From Tubiluchus corallicola (taxonomy: Eukaryota > Animalia > Priapulida), in the NCBI GenBank assembly GCA_030141605.1, contig JAQGDQ010000014.1, positions 62,001 to 126,000 of the forward strand: a stretch of DNA of 64,000 bases, read 5' to 3'. Of this stretch, positions 40,001 to 55,400 are shown in pieces; the stretch's first letter is position 1; every line of letters begins with the position of its first letter. Below the pieces are notes generated by a model, which was not told the origin of the DNA, searched no databases, and worked only from the letters and a program-made list of their open reading frames with translations. The position numbers were made by a program, and so were the translations under genes.

Positions 40001-43000
40001 TAATACTGAGTGATAATAAGTTAGCATAAGTGAGCTATAACATACTTGATAAGCTATGATTAAAGACATAAACAGAACTTGAGAGAAGTTACAGCCGGAA
40101 AAACAGTAATTGTCGAAAGAGATGGTATTTCACTTTCTTAAAAAACATGTTTTGCCACGCGATTTGCAGGGGAAGAAACTTGTTTTAACAATATTTGATA
40201 TAAGGATTCGTGCAAGCAACCTATTTTGCATTTACTTGTAAAATAATGCAGTGAGCTTCACCAAAAATGCAACTCACTTTATCGAAGGAACCCACTGTGT
40301 CATACTAAATTTCACAGTTATGGGTCATTGCATAGGGTCTGTATTTAGTTAATATAGGTTTTTGCTATTTTTTGTTGTTTGTCATCATTAAGTCTCTTAT
40401 CCATGTTGAGCGTAGCTTGTAAGTCAATTTCATTAGCTACGGTCGTAGCACTGCAATGCATTGTTAATTTATAATTGTATAACTTGTATTTTGTTTTATT
40501 ATGGCAAATGGATGAACCTAATAAATTACACATAACTTTCGGAATTCTTCCTTCATCCACGGACAATAACTTTTTACGTAGATGTCTGCTTAGTTGTTTT
40601 CTTAACTTGATCATTCGTTCATCTTTACAGGAGTGCACTGACAATCTGTACGATATGCCTTTTTTCGGGTTTAGTTAATGCAGATAAAAAGCGTCTGATT
40701 CCTACGTCACCAGTAAATCACTGGCCGTTCTTGAGTTCTTTCTTATCTATAAATCAATCAAGAACGAAGCTAAATATCACGTCCATCATCTTGGTACAGT
40801 ATGTCCGTCAATAACCGTATAAAGCCGAGCTCTCGAATCAGAGAGCATTTGGATGTTGAAACCGACAAGCTTTCCCAAGAGATCGTTAAGTGAAACATAA
40901 TATTTCACAGAATCACAATTCACAAAATCAAATGAACCACGTAAGCACGCCTTCATTACAGCTTTACCAAGATAACAATAATTTTTAAACACGACTCAGA
41001 TGCAAAGGAATAAAAGCATTGAAAATTGAAAAATTTTGCAAATGTTCAATACGTGTTCATGCACTCAAATCGGCATCATATTTAATGGTTATTCTACGAG
41101 AAACGCAACCAGTAACAATTTCAGCTATATTAGACAACAAACTGGATTTACAACAGTTATTCACGTGATGAATAAATGTTGACTAATGTATTATTTTGCT
41201 GTTTTGCCAACTTACATTTCAGGTTTAATCTGGGTTTAGCGATTTGGATGTGGATAAAAAAATTAAACTGTTTGTGGTGTGTTACAAGAAAGGAAAATAT
41301 AATAAATGCTACATTGACAAAGGCAAGCCTTAAATGGCCTAAAATAAAAACTACAAAATTACAAATACATACAACGAGAATGCGTTTCAGATATACAGAC
41401 TCTCTTATCTGAATTACACTTTGAACAACTTCCTCTCGCAACGATACTAGTGCTTATTCAATCAATATACTTACGACACACAAACACACTTGATTCAAAT
41501 TGATAGATCACCTATGGCAGAAAAGACAAACATCCAGGGAATATCATGATAGATTAGAAAGTATATCCGTGTTGAAAGATATTGGTTAAGACATTCCGTT
41601 AAGAATTTTGGTGTAAATCTCCTTTCATATTGTAAATGGCAGAAATTATTATATTATTGCTTCCGAAACAATAGCTAATATTACAAAGTTCCAGTACGAA
41701 GATCTTCAATTGCACACATTGCAATTGTTGAGTAAAACTTGAGCTACGCTTTCACGAATTTTACACGTCTTGTGCGAAAGTAAGAAGCAAAACTTAAATT
41801 CATCCCAAGGCTGAAGTGTTATAAAAACTTAAAGCTAGTACGAAACAAGGGAAAAAAACTCAAAGCTGGTAGAGATGCTGCTGAGATCTATGCATTCGTA
41901 AATATCGTTATTTAGAAATGATTTATGGCTCACTGATCAATCTTGAACAATAAATGTTGAAACACGTTTCAACTCAAAATTAGTTGCTAGAGATTTTCGC
42001 ATTTTATCGCACCCAGGGGTGCTATTCCCTGCTATTAAAGCAAAATTTATCGAAACCTATCGTAGCACAAATTTTAATACGTACTCGTAAAGGACGTCGT
42101 CCTCAGTATAGACCTTACTGCATTTCAGGTGCAGTAACTACGATTTAGTAATGTTGAACTGTGCGTGCTTAATTGGATATCTGGATATCTGGAAATGTGT
42201 TTTGTTTAATTAGAAATAAAAACACTCCTTTGAGTTTGAACAAATGCATCCATGAATACCCTACTGTATCACGGGGGGGGGGCGAAAAAGATCCAAGTAC
42301 AGGCGTTGTAAATTGTAACGTTTACACAATATGCAGTACGCCTACAGTAGACTATCAATGCACTGCTTATATAAATAATATATTTGGAGAACACGCATAT
42401 TTAAGATCTGACCTAGGAGTAAACGCGTAGCGAGAGAAATACGTGAGTAATCACGGTGTGCGAGTAACTGTTAACTGGACAGCAAATGGATTGGTAACTG
42501 TCAGGAAGACGGTCTCCCGGAGGTTTCATCTGTCACTAAGATTAAAGAGCGGAATGCTACAAAAGCGGGTTAAGTAGCGTTTACTAGACATCCGGAATGC
42601 GTATGCGTTATGCGGAATAGATAAAATCGGTTCATAGTGTTTTCAATGCGCCCGTTTATCAGACCTGCGTTATTTTTTTCTGCAGCTATTCCGCAGGTGG
42701 ATAACGCATACCAGACGCCAGGTAAACGCCACTTATGCCACACGTAAAACGTGTATACTAAATAATAAATTTAAGCTCTTTTTCCTAACAAAAGAAAACT
42801 ACTTTTGACTTTTAGTGAATTCTAGTCAAAAATACTTTGAGTCACCTTTGATCTAGGTTGGTCTAGACTCTAGAACAATCAGAATCTTCTCCAGAAAATA
42901 CGACCTGTCGGTAGGCTCTGCCACCGTACGCTAACTCAATAACAACAGCTATATTTGAACACATAACTTAACCTTTTTCAGCTAAAATTGTTGCGGAAAA

Positions 43001-46000
43001 CCATGTATAAAGTTATAAACTCATCACTTTCCTTACAGAAAATACCAGACACATCCGTAGTATAGTGCTATGTGCACGAATAAAACATTTATAACCCAAT
43101 ATTAGTAAAAAGTCAACAACATTCATGGTAATAATGTCATTCTCACAAAACATATTTAGCGATGCTGCACAAAATATTTGAGCAATGCGCAATATTTCAA
43201 TAACGCAATTTAAACATGATATAGTTGTAAAAGCCTGCTCATCAACTAAAGCAAATTATAGTTATTTCCAGCGTATGATACACATTAATCATATTAGCTG
43301 CGTAAGAGGCACGAAATTGTGGACAGGTGAATCAGATTTATTCAATTTTTATTGTTTACATTTTTGAGTAGACCTCAGACATCAGGTCTGGTACTGGCCG
43401 TATAAGCTTATACGCATTTAAAGCCGTGGCATATCTGTTTATGTCACAAGGATCAAGTATACATATTTTCTTTACTACCTTGTTCGTATAAGCACCTATT
43501 GTAGTAATCTATACACTTTATACTCGCTTGCGTTATTATAGTACAATATTAAATAAATTATTAAAGAAATAAACAAAATTTGCAGTCACGACAAAAACAG
43601 TTAATTTCAGATGGTTCGTTTTATGACTTGTGCTCTTCTCACAGCACAGGTCGTCAATTTTGCAGGTTCAGGCAAACTAGCAAAATACAGCAGATGTCTG
43701 TGCAGCAGATGATGCATTCTACTAGGTAAAATTAGAAATAACCTTTTAAGTTATTTTTATGTAATAACTGCAGAAGTTTAAAGCTGATGGCAGTAATAGC
43801 CGCAACAACCGTTAGAAACATTAATAGCTAACCTACGTTAATTACACGGGTACTGTATTTCGTCATATACATAAAATCACGCACACTTACATCACTTGCG
43901 CATAGTACTTTTTTAACTACCCATAAAACTTTGAGATAAATGTAAAAACAAAAATTATGGATTTTGAGGCCCCCTTACAAGGTTATATCAAAAGTCAAAA
44001 CCAAATAAACTAAATAGTTTCACTTCTGTTTCTCTGTTTGAAACAACCTAATTCAATCTTAAAAGAGAGAAAGCAAACAAATAATATAAGGAAAGCTTTT
44101 ACAGGTTCCCAGTTTACAATTTAACCAAAGTGAAATAAACTAAGCAACGAATACGTCAAAAACTTATGAGAGTTTTAGTTTATACATCGGAAAACGGAAC
44201 ACGATAATTGCTCTCTGCCATTTCCACAGACAGGCAAAATGAGGCAATTGTAAAACACTGCACAAACAACATTAATCAATCTTTCCCGAAAGCATCAACT
44301 AACTAACGAGCCCACAACTCTCGTATAGCAAATCATTTTTATTTCATCGATTATTGTTACGACGCGAACTGATAAATACAGATCATCGTGTAGATATTAT
44401 CGCAAAAATGAAGAACTGCAATATACTATGTACATTGTACAGTCAGCCGTCACTTGGCCATTATATGTCAAATTTCTGAAATTGATTTGTGTAAATGGCT
44501 TCCCGAGTAGACATGCGACAAGCTGTTGGAGAGATCTTTCTCATCAGCTTCATCGGGCAATGTTTAATGACGTAACTGGATGATAAAAATAGACTTAAAT
44601 CGATTGTCCAAATAGGTAGCACTAAAGATCTAAGAACTTCTCTCCCAATACATACACTATAATACCGCTTACGTCCTGCTGTAGAAAAATGTATGTAGTA
44701 AATCCTGTAGTTTGAAATTCATGCACGTTGCACAGCATCAAAAATTATTGCAGCGTTCCACTGAGCCGTACCAAAGGTACACTGCCTCATTTTGGGATGA
44801 AATATTCTGACGGACGGATATTTTACCGTTGTAAAAGCCCCACAATAATGCACTGCAAAGAATTAATGCAGCTATTACTGCCATCAGCTTTGAACTTCTG
44901 CAGTTATTATACAAAAGTAATTCAGAATAGAATTTCTAATTTTACCTAATAAAATGCATCGTCTACATAGATACTGCTATATTTTGCTAATTTGCCTAAA
45001 GCCGCAAAATTGACGACCTGTGCTGTGAGAAGAGCACAAGTAGTAAAACAAACCATCTGAAATGAACTATTTTTGTTGTGACTGCAAATTTTCTTTATTT
45101 CTTTAATGATTTATTTAATATTGTACTATAATAACGCAAGTGCTTATAAAGTGTATAGATTACTACAATAAATGCTTATTCAAACAAGATACTATTGAGA
45201 ATATGTATACTTGATCCTTGTGACATAAACAAATATATGCAACAGCTTTCAATGCCTACAAGCCTATAGAATTTTTTAAACAGTAGATTACATTGACTTA
45301 ATGTCGACCATTAGCAAATGTTGGCCAGCCAGTTTTTATGCACTCAAAACATATCATGTGGTGCAGATTGGCTTCTTTTTATAGCGTGCTGTATCCAGCT
45401 AGACGTGTAACCAGTGTTGTAGTTGTCTATTAGATGTATCACAAACAAACTTGGGAAAGCGGTACATTTAGTAGAATACTTATCACAAAGTAGACTTGGT
45501 GTTTTGCGATATTTTAGTTTCAACTACTATAGTGTATATTCATCTATACTGAGGATGTTAAAGCAACTATTACAATCAATTTGCTAGATGGTTTTTAATG
45601 TATTTTAATAGATATGTAGGACAATTTTTCATGCATCTCCTAAATGGTCTGTAATGTATTTTGATAGATATATAGGGCAATATTTCATACAGTAGGTCTG
45701 TGTGCTTATGTGTTTCACTACCGGCTTTTACCCAACTCCTACAAGTTTGTCAATTTGCATAGAAATCTTAAGTCAAATTAGATATCTTCTGCATATATAG
45801 CCTTTATTTTTTGTGCTTAATGAGTGAAATACGTTGCAATTCCATTTTTTAGAATAGGGGTTGCAAAGCCAAGTCCAAACACTTGAACTGTTGACATAAA
45901 TACAACTGGCATTGCGAGTCTATTATTTGTGTGTAAAAACTTATTTATGTTTTGTTTATTTGTAATAATAAATTCAAGTTGACTTCATAGCAAAACAGGC

Positions 46001-49000
46001 TCTTCTTACAGAAAGAATTGTTTTCTTTGTCTGTGTTGGTATGTAACTATAATCTTCGGCTCTTATTCAATATTTTTCAGATATGTGGATCTAATAAAAG
46101 GCGTTATGGTTGATCCGAAAGCAGTTTTTTATAGAAACAAGGGAACACGATGAAATCATTTACCCTGGACCTCCAAATGCACTTACTGAAGCACAACTAA
46201 AAGAATTATTTGGTCAGTATTTAGGGAAGTTTAAAGGGGAGGGAAGGGGTAATTAAAGGGGAACGTGCATATTAGGTGCCTCGTCCAACCCTAGCAGATA
46301 GACTAAGCATTCCTGGAAGCGGTTTAAAACGTAACGTTGGCTGCTAAACATTTTTTGCAGCATAAGGGAAACTGAAATGGTGAACCTAGCTTATAGGACT
46401 TTCAGAGAACACCAAGCTAGCAGGATATCACTGTTTGCAGGTTTTCATGTCTAATCATCCCTAGCTTTCTATCCAAAAACTGGGAAATTTGTTTTTGAGT
46501 CAAGGCATGAATTGAACAAAGTTGTGATAAAAATCATTTTGAAGGTCTATTCAAAATGAAGAGTGAAAACGACTTAATTGGACATCCACATTGCAACAGT
46601 GATCTTGATGAAATGAGTGTGCAAGGTCTTTTTGCATATACTGAGGTGACTGTATCCACCCAGGGCCGGGTCTTTAATCTGACGGGATGTGAGAAAGGTG
46701 AAACTACAGCTCTTCTCAGTGCCAAGAATACAGCTGGGATGACTGCTTCATATCTTGTCATTTTCAAGGGTAAGTGAAAGTGATGGCAAAACATGAAGTA
46801 GGCTACGATCAATTCTACGATCACTCTCAAGTACAGGGTGTCCAAAGTCTTTTTACAATTTCAAAAATCGCTGCACACAGTAGAAAAGATACTTCGATCA
46901 AAGTGGAATCAATCTCCAGGTCTCAGCAATTCTGTCCACCTGCATTTTCATTTTTTTAGAATGAAAAATACATTGATATTTTAATAAATTATTACACAGC
47001 GATTGAAGCAATGTAACTTCGTACTTTTATATGGCGATCTAAAAATTTTGTTTGCTACTTGTCAGGCTTATATAATTAAATGCAACTTTTATGTAAGAAT
47101 GTAGCCATTTGGTCCATTAATTTGCAAGAATTGCACTTTTTTGAGTGCACATTTTAATTACTTTCCATTTTGTCGCAGAAGTATAAAACCTATAACAGTA
47201 TATTTTATGAATCTACAGACTTTTGCTGGAATTTGGGGCCCACCAAAATTATTTCCATTATGGCCTCTTCTGCGGCCAGCTCCGCTAAGATGCATAAAAT
47301 TTATGAACTACTTTGATAACAGGACTTTTATAGTGGCTCTGTTTATTGAATCAATTGCCTGACAAGGGCTTTAGACCATGTGAGATACGTTAAATAAGTT
47401 TGTCCTGTCTTAAAATTTTATTCTTTAAGCAGTTTTATAATGTCTAATTTTATTTTTTATGCTAATAATGATTCTTGTATTTTAACTAGTATTATTGCTA
47501 AATGTGTTAGCACCATTTTAATTTTGTGTATAGGCAAGGCGTTTTACAAATTTTTTCATGTAACAATATCAATCCTAGTGCCTATTACTGACCTGACAGA
47601 ATTTTAAGTGATGCACAATATGACTTATGTAAAACCAAATGTAGGTGCAGCAAATCCAGTAGTTGTGGAAGCTGCAGCAGCTGAGCTTTGAATAGCAACA
47701 ACTTGTCATATAATTACAAAAAGCGCTTGCGGTGCTGTACATTCATGACTGTACGGCTCTAAATAGTATAGTACAAGACTGCACAGGGCACACGTACAAT
47801 AGAAACGCATGTAGTAAACAGCAGGTGTTCACCGTGCCGTTGGGAATACCTTACAAAACAAGAACTGAAACAGAACAGATAACTGAAAGTACTGAACGAT
47901 GGTGATAAATTTAAAGCAAGAAAACTTAATTTTAAACGGGTGTAAAAATAAACTATAACACAACAGTAGGTATATTTTATTTACTATACAAAATAATGGG
48001 ATAATACTTTCCACGAGCCAACACTACTTTCTTTGATTTTGTGCAATGATTAAAATCATCACAAATTCAGGAAAGTTGTCCGAACAATGGCAAGAATACA
48101 GACGTTTCCTACTGATACGACATAAACTCATAAGGATTACTAATCATCCATTTACTTTTAACTCCACGAGGACAACGCCTATGTATGTCAACCTACCCAA
48201 CATAATAACGACCCTCCAGACTTCTTCTTAGCCGGTTTTTTATTTCCTTTAGCCATGGCGGTAATACTATACTTAATCCTGGAATCCGCAATCAGATGCA
48301 CAGAAAAAAATTCACGTTGTCTCAGAGTCTAAACACAATAATGCACCATTTCACACAGTTCGGTACTTCAGTTTGCTAAAGCAATATGGCTGCTCCCACT
48401 GCAATTTAAAAACCGCGAATAACGAGCTGCCCAAAGGCACTAAATACACAAGAGCAAAGTACAAGACCAGCAAGCTGATAGCACATGTAGCATGTCAACA
48501 ACACTCCCTTTTATATATAATACACGAACTCCACGCCAAACATTTGCAGACAGAGACAAGTGATGCGTATTCGCAAGCTGTGTATTGCGAGATCGGATTC
48601 ATCTACATGCAATACCGATTTTATATTATAATAACACACAATTAATATGCCTCTCTGCGATGTGATTCATCTCTAGTTTTAACAACAAACTTCTCAACCC
48701 GAAGCATCGCTCAAGCTACTGAAATTCACAACTACGACTAGCAAGCAGCAAATCAATTTCAAAAATTGCACAAAAGCTTTTCTAACCGTCGGTTTCCAAA
48801 AACTACTGTACTGAGACAACCAAGCTAGATGCTGCTGCTACACATCTCGGTCATACTACACACGCCGTCATCACCATGCAGGTTTGGAAGCAACCAAGCG
48901 CACCAAAACGGAGGGGGGAACGTTCAGAAAGCGGGTGCCGGGGTTATTCGTTTGTGCTTAATGTTTACAGCACGAAGGCTGTGAAGTTACTATTGCACGG

Positions 49001-49334
49001 CAGTCAAAGCCCAAACCAAATTTAGTGTCATTTAGGACTATTGGCTCAAATTTACATTTGTAATAAATGATTCTGTTGTGACAAAACTATATCACTTTTT
49101 TGAGAAAACATAAATATTTTGGTGAAATAAAGTAATGCGACCACAGCTACGCAAACGCATGTAAATGCATGCGTAATAATAGACAAATTGCAAACCCGTT
49201 GTAAAATTAAGCAGAAAATTTGCTGTTTTCTGAAAAGTAGAAAACGTTGGACTATGAATTGTTTCAATTCTGCTATCCCTGCCACAGATTGTAAATATTA
49301 ATTTTAAGGTCAATAAACTACTATTACGACGACG

Positions 49335-49398
<64 letters not shown>

Positions 49399-49403
49399 TA
49401 CTA

Positions 49404-49471
<68 letters not shown>

Positions 49472-52400
49472 TTACTATTACTACGACTACCACTACCACT
49501 GCCAGTTCTACTACTACTAAGGGAAAAATGGCGTAAATACATTTATAACGTTATGTTGAACTTTCGCAGATTATTGATTACGATCATAGGCTTTATGGGC
49601 AATTTAAGTTTTTGCAGGTTTTCGCTAGTACTGATTGTAATAAACTAATAATGCAACATTGAGTAAACGGACTGCTCATGATATGATCAATGATTACTCA
49701 TCTTCTTCTTCGATGACAGGCTGATAGCAATAGTAACAACGAGGCAAATATTCCTAAATACCCCAGGGACTGTAAATTGTAATGAGCGAGCGGGTATATC
49801 TGAAACGCTATTTGTATATGTCAAATAATAGATCAAAAATAAACTTAAATTGTAAGAAAGACTATAGCTGGACTCTAAATCTTGCTCCAGGTGTGAATAT
49901 AATATTTATAACAAAATTTTAAAGCAAGATTAGATCATTTTTGTGTAACAGTGGAGAGAAAGGAATGGAGCAAGGCCAGACTTGTGCATCCTGAGGTCCT
50001 AAACTCTGGAGATTTGTAATTCAACCAGTAATTCAACGATCATCCTCTTTTTTTTACTAAAAAAGATTCCCAGCCCTGTAAAAAGTATATTTTCGAACGT
50101 TACTTATAACAAACAGTGTCCATCTTATTCAGACACAAATGGAGACAAAGGCTTCCTCCGTAATTAAAATACAAATTTGAACAAAACTTTATATATGACA
50201 ACAAGTACTAATCCCGTCAAATCCCTGACGTCACAAAACTATGTGAAATGCAGCAAAAAATGAAACTAAGTGCCCAGACCTTGCTTGCAATGCAACTAGT
50301 GCCGCCATCTTTTATCTATGCCGGGAAAACTACAATCAAAATAAACCACTTGGTGTTCAAAGTTACAAAAAAAGTTACAAAGTCACAACACAATACAATT
50401 TCTTGTAGGAAAAGAGACCACACAATGGGGTTCACTTAAACTCATAAGCTGAGTTCCCATGACAGGAACAACAAAGCGTGTTTGAAAATTTAGCAACAAA
50501 GCTAAAAGCGTATTAAGTTTAGTTCAGATAAGCGGCTACAGCCAAACCGAGTTTGATCTTTATCTTGAACATTCCACAAATCGAAAAGAAAACAACGTCT
50601 TCTGAAACTTCACAGGGAAAACTAAGCGAAAATTTAACTGGAGGTCTTGAACCAAAAAATAAAGTTCAACTTCTGCCTTTGGAACTTAAATCGTCGTCGT
50701 TCAGCTTTAAAACAAGTCGATGAACTTAAGAACTGAGCAAGTTGTCGTATTTGTTTACCTATTCTATATATATCAATTTTGCTTTACTATATGCAGTGAC
50801 AAATTGGCTTACATTATTCGAAAAACGAATATAAAGCTTAACGCGTGTTGTAAGGCAATGCGTATTATTGTTATTACATGGGAACCGTGAGAAAACACAA
50901 TCTTTCATGAAGAAAATGCCACTCACAAGAAAAACACACCTGGAAGAAGAAAGACATACATCGTTTGGTTACCCTGGCAACGGGAATAAAACACTAAACC
51001 ACCTGACGTTGCAATAATTGCGTGCTCGCTATTCATTTTCATTCGTTTGACAAAAACAGCAGATTAGTTTCCAGTTTTTGTTACATGGGTAAACATCATA
51101 ACTAATACATTTGCTTTTGGAAAGGTCTGTAAACAGAGTAGATAATAAGCTCGGTGTTCCTGGGGTAAACAATATACACGTTGCTTTACAAATACTAGAA
51201 GATTGTCATTTTTGTCGTAGCATATGACACTGCACCTACAAATGAGAAAACAAGTTAGTAAAAGTGCAAAGTGTGACTAAATAATCAGCTGCATCCTAGC
51301 CATAAAAATGATTACAAAAAAGCTACAACTATTATAACTTTATTTGAGGATGTAATACCGTTATATAAACTAGCAACAACTTACGTTATTGACACGACTT
51401 GAATACGTAACGCACTAAAAGATGCACTTAAACTGTTAGCGGCTATTTTAATATTGACATATGACCATTATTATTATGTAAACCTACGTAAATGTATATG
51501 TTACATTGTATTACAATTATTACTTTGCGTTTACTGTTGACAAACGTGCAAAAATTCTTTCTGAAATTCAAATAATTTATTAAATCCTTGCATCCTACTT
51601 TCACACTACTACTTTGTAGTTTAAACGTATTGCGTTAAAGACTTCGTATTGTGTAAGTTTCATTACATTAATAACGGCAGTAGATGCCCTTACATTAACA
51701 ATATGTAGTCAAGTAGCACTGTGACTGATTAAACCTATCGTTGCAATAGCAACAAGAATAATAAAGTAACAGATGAAACTTGTAATAATGAATATATGGC
51801 TTATATGCCATCAATACTACAGTAACCTTTTTATTAGTTGGCAATGCTTAGTACAAAAGCTATGATGCATGTTATAAGCTGAACAATTTACATTCACCAA
51901 CAATTATACAAAAATATCAATAAAAAAGTTACACAAAGCAGCAAAACAAGAGCCATTTTTACTTAAGATGGAAGCACATATTCGACGGTGAACTAATTTT
52001 ATTATTTATTTATTAGGCACAAAAATAAATACGCATATACATTTTACACATTAGTGATGTAAACAGCAAAATTATGTAGCCACGATCAACATGAAGTGGC
52101 TTCCACTGGTTGAGATGGATTACAGCAAGAAACTAAATTCTCAGCAGATCACTGCCTGTCACCCCATCAAACGGATCATAATTGAAGCTAATTGATCTTA
52201 AAGTTCATAATTTTGGCTGTTATAAAATGCGCAAGTAAAGAAGATTTCTAATCTTATAGCTAAAAATACAAAAAGGTGGACAAGCAGAAAAACGGTGCTT
52301 AAAACATGTAGTTGCATCGCACCTAATGACGGATTTAGCAGAAAGAATACGTTGCGCTTATTGTACATTGTATTCGGTGATTTTACCAAGGGGTATGACA

Positions 52401-55400
52401 CCATACTACAGTAATATTGCGCATGTCACAGTTATTCTAGTAATAAACCTTGCACGTTTAACAAGAAGTTAACAAACCTACCTATATTTCTCCAGAAGAA
52501 AACTTACTACAGTATGTACTTCCTACGTGGAATGAATAGAAAACACAACACTCGATCGATTTTAATAAGTGAAAAGACTCTAGTCTTGCTACTTGATAGC
52601 TATGGTGGAAAATGAAAATATGATTCTTATATTCAGGAAACCTAAAGGAAACCTGCAAGAGCAGTATAATACAAATTATTAAAAAAATTTAATGCTTTCA
52701 CCAAACTAATATGTCATCTGTGCTTACATAGTAATAGCAGCCGCCGAGTAATTTCCCGCGCGGGTTACAGACGAACCCATAAAGTGAAATTGTTTACCCT
52801 GCATGATAAAAGCATCATGCCGCTATCCATGAACAAACTAAAATTCTTGAATAAACTAAAACGCGCGGTTCAAATACACTATCAATCATACTGTGTCCAC
52901 ATACATCGCTTAAATTCGTTTTACGCGTCTGTAATTGCAAAAAAGAAATCCAATGAATGTGAGTTTTGTGTTTATTAGCATACACACTGATTGTCTTTTA
53001 CATTCATTCAGAAGTATTATCAACAAATTTATTTTGAAACAATAATGAATGATGCATTAGTTCTCCAGTAGCATCGCTTACGCAATGCACAAGGCCTAGC
53101 AAATAGTACATGTACACCTATCTGCAACTTGCGACTTCCTGTAATCTATGTACAAATATTTTAGAAACCAAAGTAAAACTGTTCTCAGTCGGGAATACTT
53201 ACTAATTAGCAAATTCAGACTTCAGTAAACGCGCATAATAAAAGATGCAGTATCTCCAAGAATTCCTGTTTATAGCATTCTATCATCTATTAGCGTAATT
53301 TTAAGACAGCTAGAATTTTTAAACCGTTCAGAAACTACAGCAATTTTTAGCAGTAGAAATTAGTATTCTAGACTTTACTAGTCTGCAAGAATTCTGCCAT
53401 CTATTGACACAATTTAACACTCCTCGTTTCGCCTAGTAACAGTTACTGTTCGGCTCTTGGAACAAATTATTAATGCATTTTACAACCAACTGATGGCGCC
53501 ACAATACGGCGCTTTTAACTCCTAGAGCGGAGAAAGCCAACATTATTTAAGATACAAATTACTAATGCTGAAATCGTGATAACTTGTCCAGAAAAATAAT
53601 TGGGCTAATTAAACAATAATTAGTCAATTAAAACCACAGTTAATCTCACACAAAACTACCCTGCGCGCTGCAGTAATAGCGTGAGCAATGTACACTAACA
53701 TATTTCGACTAGAGCTTGTAAACAGGTGGCTTTTGAGTACTCTTGCAAATTTGCATAATCAATTTTTAAAAACTTTTATAAGTTTTGCAATGACAACATA
53801 CACGGTTCAGTGACAACATATAATTTACTGAACAAAATGTAAAAACTATGTTTAAGGGAAATCATGACAGATTGTAAAACAGTTGAAAGTATCCAATGAA
53901 ATCTAGCAAATCTTGGTTTTTTATAAACGTATTTTTATTTATTATTTTTCACATGTATGCGGCCTTTGGTCAACAGCAAAGCTAATGTAAAGACTCTGTA
54001 AGATTCTGCTAAAAGCAATGCATAACAAAATGTGGCTGCATGATCTAAGAAAATACAATTCAGCTTACTTACTTAAATCAGGTAAATCAAGCAAATCTTG
54101 CTTGAAGCAAACCAGGCTACTCGAGAAGCACACCAAGGAAAATCTACATCTTCCTATATAGCAGAAGGTACAGTGCATTGCACATTAGCTTACATTGGCC
54201 AATTTATGGAGCGCCATTAACTTAAATAAATGCTGTCTTCATTACGCAGCTTATGCAACCTGTAGCCTATAATTAACTAACATGCATTACCGTCTTTCAT
54301 ATTTCTAAACGCTTTTAATAGGTAGGACAAATTGCCTTGTCTAATAAGTACAATCAGCTATAGGTGTTAAAGCATCAAGGATTTGGCAATGAAAGGCAAA
54401 CGTAACGTGACATGTGCATGCTTTCAGTGTTAATGTCACTGCCTTGATCTGGATACTCATTGAAGGATTATGGATACGTGCTTGATTAAATAATGTGCTA
54501 TGAAAATACTACTTGACAAAACAAGGCCAATGACCATTCCAAGTAATGGACTTGTTAAAAAGTATGGCTACCGGTGTGCAGAAAAACAAATTACTGGGTA
54601 ATTAATTTGCTAGCAATAGGTAGCATCTTATGATGATGTTCATCTTGAAGCAAGAAACACTGTTGTTGACAGAAAATATCTGCTAAAGAATTCCTCTTAA
54701 AGTGCGTCGAAGAATAAGTGGATGTACAAGCAGATGGTCTGCAACTATGAAAGTCCAGGATAAGAATGCGAGAAGCAGTACTAATGTAGTTTCCAAACAT
54801 TTAAAGTTCTTGCACTTAGTCGAAATGAGGTTAAAAATTCTGCGGTCTTTACTCAGAAGACATTAGCGAGACAAAACAGTGGCTGTTGAATATAGCCGGC
54901 TCCCTGGCCATGAGGAAGTTTCGATCATAAATTCTCTAAACTAAGGTCGTTGCGTTGAATCTGTGCAACGTCACAGTACGTTAAGTAACTGATAGGTTAC
55001 TCTGCAGTCGCAAATAGCAATGATAACATTGCGATGCACATGCCGCGACGTTTCTCGAACTTTTCTGGACATACGCCGATGACCACCTTGCGATGCACAT
55101 GCCGTGGCGTTTCTTGAGCTTTTCTCGACACACGCCAATGACCGTTTACGCATGAATCATGGCCTCATAAAAGAAACGTTGTAAACTACTTCAGTACAGA
55201 TTTAGATTTCCCAGATTTACTCAAACTCAAGGAACTTATTACGAGAATTCAAGCGACGGTTTTAAAAATGGCAAGATTACAAGCGGTCGTCGACTTACGA
55301 CCATTGCAACTTGTAATTGTTCGACTTTACGACCCGAACGCAACTTAATTAATTCACTGTACAAAACTAGTAATAACTCTCATTTTCTTCTTTTAAAGCA

